Part shown: one piece after another, positions 1-9,116 of the stretch
Position numbering within the stretch: position 1 is the first letter of the stretch
Layout: every line of letters begins with the position of its first letter
Source: a virus
Lineage: Duplodnaviria > Caudoviricetes
Direction: 5' to 3' (one strand)
IMG/VR virus record: IMGVR_UViG_3300024518_001869
Span: 1 to 34,304 of that record
DNA length: 34,304 nt
Made by a program: the position numbers and the translations under genes
Notes under the pieces: model-generated
What the model was told of the DNA's origin: nothing
What the model saw: only the letters and a program-made list of their open reading frames with translations
Database searches by the model: none

Positions 1-2151
1 CGAGCCGTCGATGTCGGCGTTCGAGAACACGTTGCCGTCGACGATGCTGGCGTGGGCGAGATTCTTGAAGCAATGCTTGGAGCGCGCCGGGCCAAAGCAG
101 ACGTTGCCCTTGTAGATGAATTGCCCGATTGACGTTTCAGCGTAAAAAGTATGGCTGTCGGAGTATGCGCTGATATTGCCGACCATTTCGACATAGGTCC
201 GTGGCCAGTCGCCGCGTGAATTGCCAAAAAAATGAACGTGGCTCGACGAGCCGTAATATTCGTTGCCGTGCATGACCGCGAACGTCGTGAAATTGCGGTT
301 GTCGGTGCTGTCGCCCTTGCCCGGCCCCTGGCCGACCGTGTGCTGCCCGCCGCCGCTGAATATCAAGCCGCGCACGATCATACCCACGCCGCCGCGCACG
401 CCGACGTTGCCCTTTATCTGTGGCTTGCGGCCCGCCGCGTCGGGCACGCCGATAAACTCGGTGCATCGTGCCCTAGAGCGCCCACCGGGGAGCGGCACGA
501 TCTCCCCCGCGCTATCATGTAGGGCGTGGACATAGACCCGCAGGTTGCCGACGCCGTCCGTCGTGTTGTCGAGCCCGGTCAGGTCGGCGGGGACCATCGC
601 TTGGCGCACTGTCCACGAGCCGGCGCACAGTGCATCGATGTCAGGCGCCGCGCTGCCCGCGTGGGCGCGTGTGACGGGCTCATCCCATGCGGCCAGCGCG
701 AACGGCTTGACCGCGACGGGGACGCCGCCGATCGACGGCAGGTTGTCGATGTCGATCAGGTATTGGTCGAAGTTTGCCGCCACAGGGCTTGGTACTGTTC
801 CGGCGTCATCGGGGGGCTCACCATTGTCGGCGGTATCGGTTTCTTCTCCAGTGTCCGGTAGACCACCCGATTGCGATCCCAGCACCGGCTTATAAACCCA
901 GAGCCCTTGGTTAGTTGACGCGGTGCCGATGCATGTCTGTGATTGGCCATCCCAGCTCCATTTGTTGTAAACCTTGCGGCCTGTCGTGACAGCCGGCCCC
1001 GGCACGTCGATCGTGAGCCACGCCACGCCATCGAAGCGGTGTAGCTTGTTCGACTTAGACCAGACAATTATCGAGCCATCCGGGATCACGCAGATACCCG
1101 GTCCCGAGCCGATGTCTGGCACGATCGACGCGGGGATAGGACCGGACAAGGCCACGTCCTTGGTGAACACGCCCGCCGCGTCGCGACCGATGAAAGCGAT
1201 CATGTCGGAGTTCGGGTTGATATTCCAGTACCCGTTCCGCGCGTTATCCCAGGCGAAGCCGCCCGAGGCGTGGGCGCTGGGCAAGCCGCCCTGACACGCC
1301 CCCTTGCCCGGTCCTACCGGCATGAGCAAATCGAGCACGCAAGCCTTGGCCGCGTCCAGACCCACGACTTGTGTCGGGTCTTGGTTGTCGGTCGGGACCA
1401 AGAAAGGAAAGCGCAGGAACCGGCGACCGTCCGCCTGGACAAGGTCAGGCAGCCGCGTCCAGGCCAGCGTGACCGGATCGAAGCTGAAAACCGTGTTGCC
1501 CTGCCAGCCCTTCGGGATGTGATAGATTTTGCCGTCGTTGCCAAGGAATTTGCCGAAATAGGTATGCGACGAGGCCGGCTGGACGATATTGCCGCTGGCG
1601 TCCACGACATGAACCGTCTGGTAGTCGCCGGCAAGCCCCGCGTTCAAGGTCGCGTGCGGCACCAGCGTTTCGGCAACGCCGTTCTGAATATCGTAGCGGT
1701 AAACCCCGTTGTCGAAGCCATCGTCGTGCCCGCCGTTCGCCAGCAAATAGGCATAGTCGAGCCCGTCACGTACCCAGCCTACCCACGGGTCCGTGACAGC
1801 GCTGTACTTGCCATCGAAGCCCGCAGCGTGCGCGCCTGGGTCGATCTCGCGCAGCCAAGCATACGGCGCCGTCGCATCCCACGGCTGGCCATATTCGAGC
1901 CACGTCCCGGCAGCCATGTTGTTGATCGCATCGGGCACGCCACCCTGTGGCGGCGGTGTGGGATCAGGATCGGGGTCTGGATCGGGAGGGGGACACACGG
2001 GACATGGCGGTGGCGGGCCGGGGTCATGCTCGTGATTTTGTAATTCAAGAATTGCGTCGTTGAGGCTGTCGATCGTCGGCTGGACATCGTGGGCGTTTAA
2101 CCCCCCCGACCACCAGAGCAACAGCGCAACACTTGTCAGAAAGGTCTTCAT
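1..2151 (-). CDS. Large exported protein, partial (>717 aa): signal peptide, Pro/Asp linker, Kelch-like beta-propeller, then a probable right-handed beta-helix
   Basis: Read by hand: ATG at 2151 with no stop down to base 1. It begins MKTFLTSVALLLWWSGGLNA-HDVQ, then PPPPCPVCPPPDPDPDPDPTPPP, NGGHDDGFDNGVYRYD, PASSHTY, and later GNVCFGPARSKHCFKNLAHASIVDGNVF. Absent from the ORF track because its stop lies outside the window. Confidence 0.85.
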   Translation of the reverse strand, partial: MKTFLTSVALLLWWSGGLNAHDVQPTIDSLNDAILELQNHEHDPGPPPPCPVCPPPDPDPDPDPTPPPQGGVPDAINNMAAGTWLEYGQPWDATAPYAWLREIDPGAHAAGFDGKYSAVTDPWVGWVRDGLDYAYLLANGGHDDGFDNGVYRYDIQNGVAETLVPHATLNAGLAGDYQTVHVVDASGNIVQPASSHTYFGKFLGNDGKIYHIPKGWQGNTVFSFDPVTLAWTRLPDLVQADGRRFLRFPFLVPTDNQDPTQVVGLDAAKACVLDLLMPVGPGKGACQGGLPSAHASGGFAWDNARNGYWNINPNSDMIAFIGRDAAGVFTKDVALSGPIPASIVPDIGSGPGICVIPDGSIIVWSKSNKLHRFDGVAWLTIDVPGPAVTTGRKVYNKWSWDGQSQTCIGTASTNQGLWVYKPVLGSQSGGLPDTGEETDTADNGEPPDDAGTVPSPVAANFDQYLIDIDNLPSIGGVPVAVKPFALAAWDEPVTRAHAGSAAPDIDALCAGSWTVRQAMVPADLTGLDNTTDGVGNLRVYVHALHDSAGEIVPLPGGRSRARCTEFIGVPDAAGRKPQIKGNVGVRGGVGMIVRGLIFSGGGQHTVGQGPGKGDSTDNRNFTTFAVMHGNEYYGSSSHVHFFGNSRGDWPRTYVEMVGNISAYSDSHTFYAETSIGQFIYKGNVCFGPARSKHCFKNLAHASIVDGNVFSNADIDGS

Positions 2152-2155
2152 GGTT

Positions 2156-2335
2156 TCACCCGTATGTGTCTAGGAAATCCTTCACCACGTCCTTGCGATT
2201 AGCCTTGAGTGCCGCCAGTTCCTCCGGCGTCACGTCGCGGCCTTCATTGGAAGCTTTGTTGAGAATCTCGCTCGCTTCCGCCGCGGCTTGGAGAAGCGCC
2301 AGAATCAGATTCGTGACGATGATGGCTTGGGGCAT
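2156..2335 (-). CDS. Small 59-aa lysis-module protein with hydrophobic/amphipathic N-terminus
   Basis: Hand translation MPQAIIVTNLILALLQAAAEASEILNKASNEGRDVTPEELAALKANRKDVVKDFLDTYG. GGAG lies upstream and the ORF fills the gap between its neighbours; it is below the ORF-track cutoff. Confidence 0.75.
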   Translation of the reverse strand: MPQAIIVTNLILALLQAAAEASEILNKASNEGRDVTPEELAALKANRKDVVKDFLDTYG

Positions 2336-2338
2336 GAC

Positions 2339-2653
2339 TTACTCCGGCTGTGGCAGGGCGACCAGTGCGGCCCTGACGGTCGCTAGTTGACCGCTGATAT
2401 CGTTCCCGCCCAGGACTAGGGTGTGGGCCACATCCAGCGCCACATCGCCTGTACGGACGTACTGGGCCGCGTCACGGCACTTGTCTAGCGCGATCACGCC
2501 CACGTCGCAGTGTGCCTTGAGTTCTCGGACAGCCGACGTGAAGCCGACTTCGAGGGCGGCGAGTTTCTTGGCGGGAGTGTCGATGGATAGGCCCTGGCAT
2601 GCGGAAAGGACCAACAATACACATGCCAGGGCCATCGCGGGCTGTACCCGCAT
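2339..2653 (-). CDS. Lipoprotein in the lysis module (possible spanin component)
   Basis: MRVQPAMALACVLLVLSA-CQG contains the lipobox LSAC. Start moved from 2800 to ATG 2653, 1 nt after the holin stop; 2635 is an alternative. Confidence 0.7.
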   Translation of the reverse strand: MRVQPAMALACVLLVLSACQGLSIDTPAKKLAALEVGFTSAVRELKAHCDVGVIALDKCRDAAQYVRTGDVALDVAHTLVLGGNDISGQLATVRAALVALPQPE

Positions 2654-2654
2654 T

Positions 2655-2837
2655 CTAGCCGATCGCACGACGGATACCAAGCGCGGAGAGTGCGAGTTGG
2701 ATGGTCGTCTCGGGGTCGATGTTGATCCCGAATGCGGTGAGAATCGAGTTGTCGAACCAGCCGACGATGCCAATAACCAGGAAAACGACACCCGTGGCAT
2801 AGGTCAGCTTGCCCTTGAACAAAGTCATGGGATTCAT
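2655..2837 (-). CDS. Holin-like small membrane protein
   Basis: 60 aa, KGKLTY followed by hydrophobic segments and a basic tail; directly after the endolysin; AGGAG SD. Confidence 0.7.
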   Translation of the reverse strand: MNPMTLFKGKLTYATGVVFLVIGIVGWFDNSILTAFGINIDPETTIQLALSALGIRRAIG

Positions 2838-2846
2838 GCGTATCTC

Positions 2847-3242
2847 CTACGTGTAAGACCAGACAGCCGGTCGAAGCGCGTGCTCGAACTCGCCCGGTTC
2901 CAGTGTGTCCAGGTGGATAAATCGCTTGTCATGCGGGCCGTGTTGCTTGACGCCGATCCCGCGAAACGCCCAGGCGTGAGTCATTATCTTCCAAGCCAGC
3001 GTCCCGGACGCCTGGATGTCCGCCGCCTTGCCCGTGGGGTGCGCCGGCCCACCGCCCACCCGCGCGTTATGCACGGCGCAGCGAAATCCCGACGTGACAA
3101 TCATCGGCGTGTGGATCGATGACCGGAGGCGTTGCAGGTATTCCATGAAATTAGGGGCCATGGCAGCCTGTCCGCCGCAGCAATCCTCGCCGTGACAGCG
3201 GAACTCATCCTCCGAGAAGTTCGGGTACAGGTCCCAGTCCAC
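2847..3242 (-). CDS. Endolysin, peptidase M15A family (Zn D-Ala-D-Ala peptidase-like)
   Basis: PNFSEDEFRC, VTSGFRCAVHNARVGG, HPTGKAADI (H-x6-D) and FIHLD are M15A motifs. Confidence 0.9.
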   Translation of the reverse strand: MDWDLYPNFSEDEFRCHGEDCCGGQAAMAPNFMEYLQRLRSSIHTPMIVTSGFRCAVHNARVGGGPAHPTGKAADIQASGTLAWKIMTHAWAFRGIGVKQHGPHDKRFIHLDTLEPGEFEHALRPAVWSYT

Positions 3243-3616
3243 TACTGGTTGCGCCTAATTTCACCGATGCCGCGGCTAATGTCTTCCAGAAGCGCCCGGT
3301 TCTCCGACACGTCTTCCTGCGTGTCCACCACGATCTGCTCGATCACGGCTTGCCGCTTGTCGATGACGTGGAGCTGCTCCTCTGCGCGGCGAATTTTGTT
3401 CTGTGTCTCTAGCGGGTTCGGGTCGTGGTGTACTCCACGATGGGTCGCGACCGACAGGCGAGTCGTGTCCTGGACCTGCGTCAACAGGTTAATCTGGCCT
3501 TGCAGTGCAACGGCCTTGGTGTCTATCGCCTTGTCCAGGTCGTAGTACGCCCCGAAAATTGCCGCCAGCAACAACAGTGCGGGGATCCCCACTTTCAGGC
3601 CCTCCATGAGAGTCAT
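3242..3616 (-). CDS. Single-TM membrane protein with coiled-coil C-terminus (lysis-associated)
   Basis: N-terminal hydrophobic helix VGIPALLLLAAIFGAYY followed by a helical charged region; its stop overlaps the endolysin start. Confidence 0.65.
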   Translation of the reverse strand: MTLMEGLKVGIPALLLLAAIFGAYYDLDKAIDTKAVALQGQINLLTQVQDTTRLSVATHRGVHHDPNPLETQNKIRRAEEQLHVIDKRQAVIEQIVVDTQEDVSENRALLEDISRGIGEIRRNQ

Positions 3617-3618
3617 GG

Positions 3619-3855
3619 TTACGACTCGCTTTCGCCGTAACCAATATATTCAGCACAAACGACATTGATCGACTTGATCCCACGCTTGGCAGCCTGCGTG
3701 TCCCCGTGGACCTCCTCCTTGATGAAGATGTCCGCGTGGTCACGGCATGCCTGTTCTGTCGGGAAATGCTCCCGCACCGTCTGGTACTTGCACGGGATGT
3801 GTGTTGGCGACATTGCCGCCGTGCCGAAGCACCATACAACGAGTAAGCCGTACAT
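3619..3855 (-). CDS. Small Cys-containing hypothetical protein with hydrophobic N-terminus
   Basis: 78 aa, fills the gap, AGGGGG upstream, FPTEQAC motif. Confidence 0.6.
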   Translation of the reverse strand: MYGLLVVWCFGTAAMSPTHIPCKYQTVREHFPTEQACRDHADIFIKEEVHGDTQAAKRGIKSINVVCAEYIGYGESES

Positions 3856-3868
3856 GCTGGCCCCCTGG

Positions 3869-4156
3869 TCATGTCGCCAGATTCGGGTTTATCGTGTCTA
3901 GTGCGGCCGAATCTGTCGCCGTATTGATTGCTGAAACAGTCTGTTGGTACTTATCTCGTAAGGTCGTGTCTGTCGCCGTCGCCAAATATCGTTTCACGAC
4001 ACGCCGAATAATGCGTGCCTCGATCGCCTCGCGCAGGGCCACTTTCCTGGCCGCAAGGCGGTCGGCGTTGTTGACGCTCTGATCCTCGATAACCGCCGTT
4101 TCTTCCGCCGCGGTGAGCTTGATCCTGTGGCCATTTTCAATGCGGTATAAAGGCAT
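3869..4156 (-). CDS. Hypothetical tail-tip-associated or fibre-assembly-like protein
   Basis: 95 aa, coupled to the upstream gene by TAATG; position follows the tail-tip genes. Confidence 0.6.
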   Translation of the reverse strand: MPLYRIENGHRIKLTAAEETAVIEDQSVNNADRLAARKVALREAIEARIIRRVVKRYLATATDTTLRDKYQQTVSAINTATDSAALDTINPNLAT

Positions 4157-4722
4157 TACACGGCCCCCCGTCGCAGTCCGTACATGGAGAACATGCCGCC
4201 ATCGATGTTGCCGCCGCTCAGGAAGAACCGGAATCCGGTAATCGCGGTCGTGTCCGTCCAGGAAGACGAGCCGAAGGACGTGTGAACGAGCGCCCCGTCC
4301 GTCGCGCCAACATGCCAGTTGATGATGGAATGGTTCGTGTCGTCGAGCATGGAAAGCTGGACCCAGCCGGAAGCAGCCTCAAGCGAGCCGTTTGAGAGGG
4401 CAATTCGCGCCGCTGCCTTCGTGTCTAGATTAGCGCTGACAGCGTCCGTGCCGCTCGCGATGTAATGTTCCGCGTTGTAATACTCGTTCGAGCCCGATTG
4501 CCACGTCGGCGTGGCTCCCGTGCCGACACGCATTTCGAAATCGTTCGGCGTGGAGACCGCTGTCAGGCTCGAAATCTGCCAGTGATAGACGTCATAGTCA
4601 GTCGCGTTCAGGCTCGTGAAATCCACGGACGTGACACTCGTCGTGACTTCGGTCGATTCAAGCCACTCCCACCACGACTTGATCCGTGGCCCGTTTACCG
4701 GTCCTGTGACAGCGCGGGGCAT
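4156..4722 (-). CDS. Putative virion tail-tip/receptor-binding beta protein
   Basis: 188 aa, Ser/Thr-rich beta-type sequence (SVDFTSLNATDYDVY ... ITGFRFFLSGGNIDGGMFSMYG); coupled starts and stops. Confidence 0.6.
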   Translation of the reverse strand: MPRAVTGPVNGPRIKSWWEWLESTEVTTSVTSVDFTSLNATDYDVYHWQISSLTAVSTPNDFEMRVGTGATPTWQSGSNEYYNAEHYIASGTDAVSANLDTKAAARIALSNGSLEAASGWVQLSMLDDTNHSIINWHVGATDGALVHTSFGSSSWTDTTAITGFRFFLSGGNIDGGMFSMYGLRRGAV

Positions 4723-5087
4723 TAGACCGTCGCCGAGGCCCTGTTGACCCAGCCGCTAATCGCGATCAAGCCCGTCGCCGTGCAGTACGCGCCGATCGTC
4801 GCCGCGGTGCCGGTCAAGGTCAGGCCGGGGGACACGACATGCAGGCCGTCACCGTCCACGATGTCCTGGCGAATCTCGTCGGCCGTGGCGGTGCCGCCCC
4901 AGTGGATAATCACCCGCTTGTCCGTGGTGGCCAGCAGGTGCGCGTAGAGATAGACCTCTTCGCGGTCGCTGGTTCCCGTGGTCTGTGGCGTGTGGATCGA
5001 CTGGCCCGGCGAACTCGTCGAGTCCACGGAAATCGGTCGCCCGTTCGTCGAGTTGCTAAGAAGCTGTCGGCTGTATGTCAGTGCCAT
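4722..5087 (-). CDS. Putative virion structural protein
   Basis: 121 aa, Thr/Gly-rich, GGAG SD, abuts both neighbours. Confidence 0.65.
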   Translation of the reverse strand: MALTYSRQLLSNSTNGRPISVDSTSSPGQSIHTPQTTGTSDREEVYLYAHLLATTDKRVIIHWGGTATADEIRQDIVDGDGLHVVSPGLTLTGTAATIGAYCTATGLIAISGWVNRASATV

Positions 5088-5810
5088 CTAAAGACTCCAA
5101 ACGTCGCTGGCGACGATATAATTCTCGGATTCACGAAAGCCTATGCCGTTCTCAAGAAGCTGCTCGGCATTCACGGTCCCGGCCCCCAAGTCGCCACCAT
5201 CGGGGTTCCCGACTACCAATCCCGACTGTATTGTAAGGCGGTCGGTGCCATCGGTTGCAACAATGACCCGCTCGCTGCCCGAGTTGTACTCCGCGCGTAA
5301 GCTCGCGACAGTGTCATTCGTGTCGGACCCAAAAGACAGCTTGCCGGCGTTTGCGTCCGGGACATGGATCGACAGCCCCGCGTCACCGTTGGATTCGATC
5401 AATAATTCGTCCGCGCCCGTGTCAATCGTGATCGTCCCGGCGTCGCCGGTCTTGATTGTCTGCTTGGCCGTGAAGGTGTTCGCCGCGTCGAGCTTGGCGT
5501 AGTTGCCTTCAATGGCCGTGAGGCGCCCGTTAAAGCCCGCCGTGGCCAGTTCGGCAAGCTGGTTGGCGTTCGAGTAGGTGTTGATCCCGACGATCAAGCC
5601 TTCCTCGCCTGGGTCGTCCGTGATCACCAGCGAGCCGAAGGCGGCGTACACGTTGGTATCAATCCCCTCCGCGAGGGACTTGACCGGGTCGCCTAGCTTG
5701 GTCTTGTGCTTGGCCCACTCGACCTTGTTGGCGTTGGACTGCGTCCCGTCGTCGGGCGGCGGACTCGCGTTGTAGCCAACGATCGTGACGCTGGTATAGG
5801 GATTGGCCAT
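5088..5810 (-). CDS. Putative tail fibre/needle protein, paralogue B
   Basis: Start MANPY at 5810 (TGATG overlap, GGAGG SD). Aligns end to end with 5810..6535; contains a fibre-like ANTFTA motif. Confidence 0.7.
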   Translation of the reverse strand: MANPYTSVTIVGYNASPPPDDGTQSNANKVEWAKHKTKLGDPVKSLAEGIDTNVYAAFGSLVITDDPGEEGLIVGINTYSNANQLAELATAGFNGRLTAIEGNYAKLDAANTFTAKQTIKTGDAGTITIDTGADELLIESNGDAGLSIHVPDANAGKLSFGSDTNDTVASLRAEYNSGSERVIVATDGTDRLTIQSGLVVGNPDGGDLGAGTVNAEQLLENGIGFRESENYIVASDVWSL

Positions 5811-6535
5811 CAGGCAAGCCTCCACATGCTGCGCGACACCACGGCTTGCGCCATGTCAGCCGGGTTCACGCCGTTCTCGAATAAGCCATTAGCCGCATTG
5901 ATCGCGCCCGCCACGTCGCCGCTCGACGGAGACCCGATCTGGAGACCTGTCCTGATTGTCAGTCGGACGGTGCCACCGGTAGAAATCGTGATTTGCTCGG
6001 TTCCGCTGTTGTATTCGGCGGAGAGTTTGGCAACGTCGTCTTGGGTATCGGAACCAAAAGCCACTGCCCCGGCATTGGCGTCGGGTATATGAATGGAGAG
6101 ACCCGCATCGCCGTCACTTTGGAGCAAAACCTCGTCCGCGCCACTAGCAATACTGATGGCCCCAGGACTACCCGTGCTGATCGTTTGTGGACCCGCCGTG
6201 AAGGTGTTGGCTCCAAGCGTTGCATAGTTGCCCTCGATGTTCCTGATCCGCTTCCGCATCGACTGGACTAGGTGGAACACCATCGCCCGCGCCGCGGAAT
6301 AGAATTGCTGACTGATCGTCAGGCTCTCGTTGCTCGCGCCGTCGAGGAAGATCAGGCTCGCGAACGCCGCCGTGATATTCAGGTCAACCTGCTCAAGTAG
6401 GTCCTTGATCGGGTCGAACAGCTTGTCCGTGTGATAGGACCACTGGACTTGATCGTCCGGCTTGATCCCGCGATCAGGCGGCGGGCTCGCGTTGTAGCTC
6501 GCGATCGAGACCTGGGTGTAGGGATTACTGGGCAT
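5810..6535 (-). CDS. Putative tail fibre/needle protein, paralogue A
   Basis: Start MPSNPY at 6535 matches the N-terminus of paralogue B. Shared blocks: YNASPPPD, IEGNYA, GDAGLSIHxPDANAG, AEYNSG. Confidence 0.7.
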   Translation of the reverse strand: MPSNPYTQVSIASYNASPPPDRGIKPDDQVQWSYHTDKLFDPIKDLLEQVDLNITAAFASLIFLDGASNESLTISQQFYSAARAMVFHLVQSMRKRIRNIEGNYATLGANTFTAGPQTISTGSPGAISIASGADEVLLQSDGDAGLSIHIPDANAGAVAFGSDTQDDVAKLSAEYNSGTEQITISTGGTVRLTIRTGLQIGSPSSGDVAGAINAANGLFENGVNPADMAQAVVSRSMWRLA

Positions 6536-9116
6536 CGACTTGTTCCCGTCCTCTCGGACCCAAAACGAAGTCCGGGACACCAACCTCCACGAAGTCCTTG
6601 GCGGACCTTTCCATATCCGCCGCCGTCTCCATCATAATAGCCGTCATGACGCGTGCCGTAGTCAAGTCCGACGTGCGGCCCTTTGTCCCCGTCATGAAAT
6701 TCCGGAATTTAGAACTCAACATGAGGCGCCCGACTATGGCGTTCGACGCGCCCTGCGTGAACGCACTTATAAAACCCCGTAAGCGGCTCGTACCACCCGT
6801 CGTTACCGCCTCGATAGGCATTCCGGCCGCACCGATCAATCCGGCGCCGATTTCACCCGCTTGCAATGCCGCGCCCACGTCCTGCATGTCTTCCATGAAC
6901 GACGCGACAAGTCGCTGATTCCGCAAAAACTCGATTTCTTCCGGGAGAAGCGTCGCGGCGAGCATGCCCCTTTTTTCCAGCGCATCAATCGTGGTGCTCA
7001 GTCTCTTAAAATTGACCTGGGAAAATCCCTTCTTTTCCGTTCGCCCCGAAGCGTCCACGATATGCTGGAACAGCGCACCGCGCAGTGCCTCGCCCTGTGC
7101 CGACTGCTTGCCGCCGCTGTTGGCTAGAATCCGCCCCACGTCCGTGGGCGTGCCTTTTTCCACGACGAACAGATGCCGCCCTTGTCCTGCTTCGACCGTG
7201 TCCCTGGCCTTCCGCGCCGCGGACGATTGCCACGCCTCGTGCGTCCGGCCCATGCCGCGGAAGACGACATGTTCGTCTGGCGTGAGTAGCGCGCTTAGTG
7301 CCCGTGGGTCTCGCCTGTAGCTGTCCAGACGCGCAATTATTTTTTCCGGCTGCGACGCAAGATCATTCTTGAACGACTCTTGGACAGTAGACCAGTGCTC
7401 TGGCGCAATCCTCTGCATCATACGCATGAACCGGGCGTTCCCCGGCTGGGTCACTTCGTCCAAAATTTGCGCGTTGTCGTAGATGCCAGTCTGGGCGATC
7501 ATTCGCGTGTGAGCGGCGGTCATGAGTGTGTCGCGCTTGTGATGGCTTATCGACGCCGCTTTGTATAATTCCTTGAACCGTGGGCTGCCCCCGATCGGAT
7601 TGTCCATCGCGTCCGTTAGGGCCGACCACAATTGCGCCGCAAGACGGTTCTCTTGCGTTGGAAGCGCGCCCGGTTGTGGCGTTTTTAGGTCATACAACGA
7701 GCTTCGCAGCGCCTTAATCTGGTCGAAAGCACTAATGTCCTGGAACATGGCTACCCGCGAGTCCAGTGACAGGATAATCGTGAGTTTTTCCGCCAGTGCC
7801 CCGTTCGGGTCAAACGAAACTTGCGTCCCTGATAATGCGTCCCTCTCTGCGTCGGTCAGCGGGCGCTCAAGGATTGCCTCACGAGCCGCCACGCGGGCGT
7901 CGATGATGTCTGGGCGCAGCTTGCCGCGCACCCCGCCGCTAATTTCCTCCGCAACCTCCTGGGCTTTGCTGATCTCGAACTCGACACCCTCAGAATGTTT
8001 TGCCGCCGCAAGATATTTCTTGTCCCGGCTCACCTTCGTGACATCGTCAAGGTGCGCCGTCGCGAGTTGTAGGGCGCGCCGTCCCGCCGCGGGATTCGGC
8101 GCAGGAAAGTCCCCCAACATAGCCAGTACATCGCGCTCCGCGGCATCCACGACAGTCGCCAAGTCAACGTCGCGCATTTCCCGCAGGTTCACGTCCGACA
8201 GCGCCTCATAGCGGCGTTTCATGCCCTCGATAACCGCCTCGGACTCACGAAGCCTCTGAGTCTCGACCGGCTTGGACGTGCGTTGCGCTTGGCGTTCCGC
8301 GACGCCAGCAAGCGGATGGAGTGACCCAAGGGGCAACCCTTCCTTGACGCCCGCGTCCCGCAGGGCTTTGTTTGCCTTCAATTCCGTCTCGCTCAACTGA
8401 ACCGCACCCTGGCCTTTTTTGACGCCATTCACCAGAAACCGCATAGGGGCGAACAAAATCTCCCCCGCCGCCGCCAGCCCACCGGACAGCACGGACTCTG
8501 CGGCCATTTCATTGAGTGCAATCTTCTCGTAACCACGCGCATTTTCCACGGCCAAGTCAGCGGAACGACCCGCAAGCCCGCCGCCAAACTGGTAGGCCGC
8601 GCGTCCAATCAGCTTCCGCCCCGCGCCCGCGATGCCGCCCGCAATGGTCCCTAGTGTCTCAAGGTTGACCATGAAACCGGCAACGTCGGCTACGTCCGAC
8701 AGGGTCTTCAAATCATCATTGTCCAGAATCACCGCGGCATCGTCGTTCGGGCCACGGAGCGCCACATTTTGCCCGCCGAATGGGTCGTCCAAGACGGTGA
8801 TGTCGTATTGCGGATAGCCGACCTTCAACTTCTCGACGCGGCCTTCAAATGTCTGGCTACGCGCGAGATCGAATCGTGTCCCCGGCTTGTCAAATTCAGC
8901 CACGGCCCCGGTCTCCGTGCGCGCCAATGGGCCGGCCTGCATTTCAAACGAGCCTTCGCGCACGGCTGCGCGCTCCTGCCGGTTCATATCGGAAAGCTGT
9001 TTTTGGACAACGCGGAACTTTTGTGCCTCCGCGCCGCCCGTGACAACGTCACTCGGCGATGGCGGCGGCCGGCCGACCCGGTCTTGTTCGTCCTGTACGA
9101 CGCGGAATTTTGGCAC
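6525..9116 (-). CDS. Large internal virion (DNA ejection) protein
   Basis: 863 aa, Ala/Gly-rich and helical with GxxxG-rich hydrophobic stretches; third large gene after the nozzle, as in podoviruses. Function is inferred from position. Confidence 0.6.
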   Translation of the reverse strand: MPKFRVVQDEQDRVGRPPPSPSDVVTGGAEAQKFRVVQKQLSDMNRQERAAVREGSFEMQAGPLARTETGAVAEFDKPGTRFDLARSQTFEGRVEKLKVGYPQYDITVLDDPFGGQNVALRGPNDDAAVILDNDDLKTLSDVADVAGFMVNLETLGTIAGGIAGAGRKLIGRAAYQFGGGLAGRSADLAVENARGYEKIALNEMAAESVLSGGLAAAGEILFAPMRFLVNGVKKGQGAVQLSETELKANKALRDAGVKEGLPLGSLHPLAGVAERQAQRTSKPVETQRLRESEAVIEGMKRRYEALSDVNLREMRDVDLATVVDAAERDVLAMLGDFPAPNPAAGRRALQLATAHLDDVTKVSRDKKYLAAAKHSEGVEFEISKAQEVAEEISGGVRGKLRPDIIDARVAAREAILERPLTDAERDALSGTQVSFDPNGALAEKLTIILSLDSRVAMFQDISAFDQIKALRSSLYDLKTPQPGALPTQENRLAAQLWSALTDAMDNPIGGSPRFKELYKAASISHHKRDTLMTAAHTRMIAQTGIYDNAQILDEVTQPGNARFMRMMQRIAPEHWSTVQESFKNDLASQPEKIIARLDSYRRDPRALSALLTPDEHVVFRGMGRTHEAWQSSAARKARDTVEAGQGRHLFVVEKGTPTDVGRILANSGGKQSAQGEALRGALFQHIVDASGRTEKKGFSQVNFKRLSTTIDALEKRGMLAATLLPEEIEFLRNQRLVASFMEDMQDVGAALQAGEIGAGLIGAAGMPIEAVTTGGTSRLRGFISAFTQGASNAIVGRLMLSSKFRNFMTGTKGRTSDLTTARVMTAIMMETAADMERSAKDFVEVGVPDFVLGPRGREQVDAQ

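Noticed and set aside
2101-2107. G7 tract in the signal-peptide region as a phase-variation or frameshift site
   Set aside because: The frame is intact across it, and 7 nt is short and unremarkable at this GC content.
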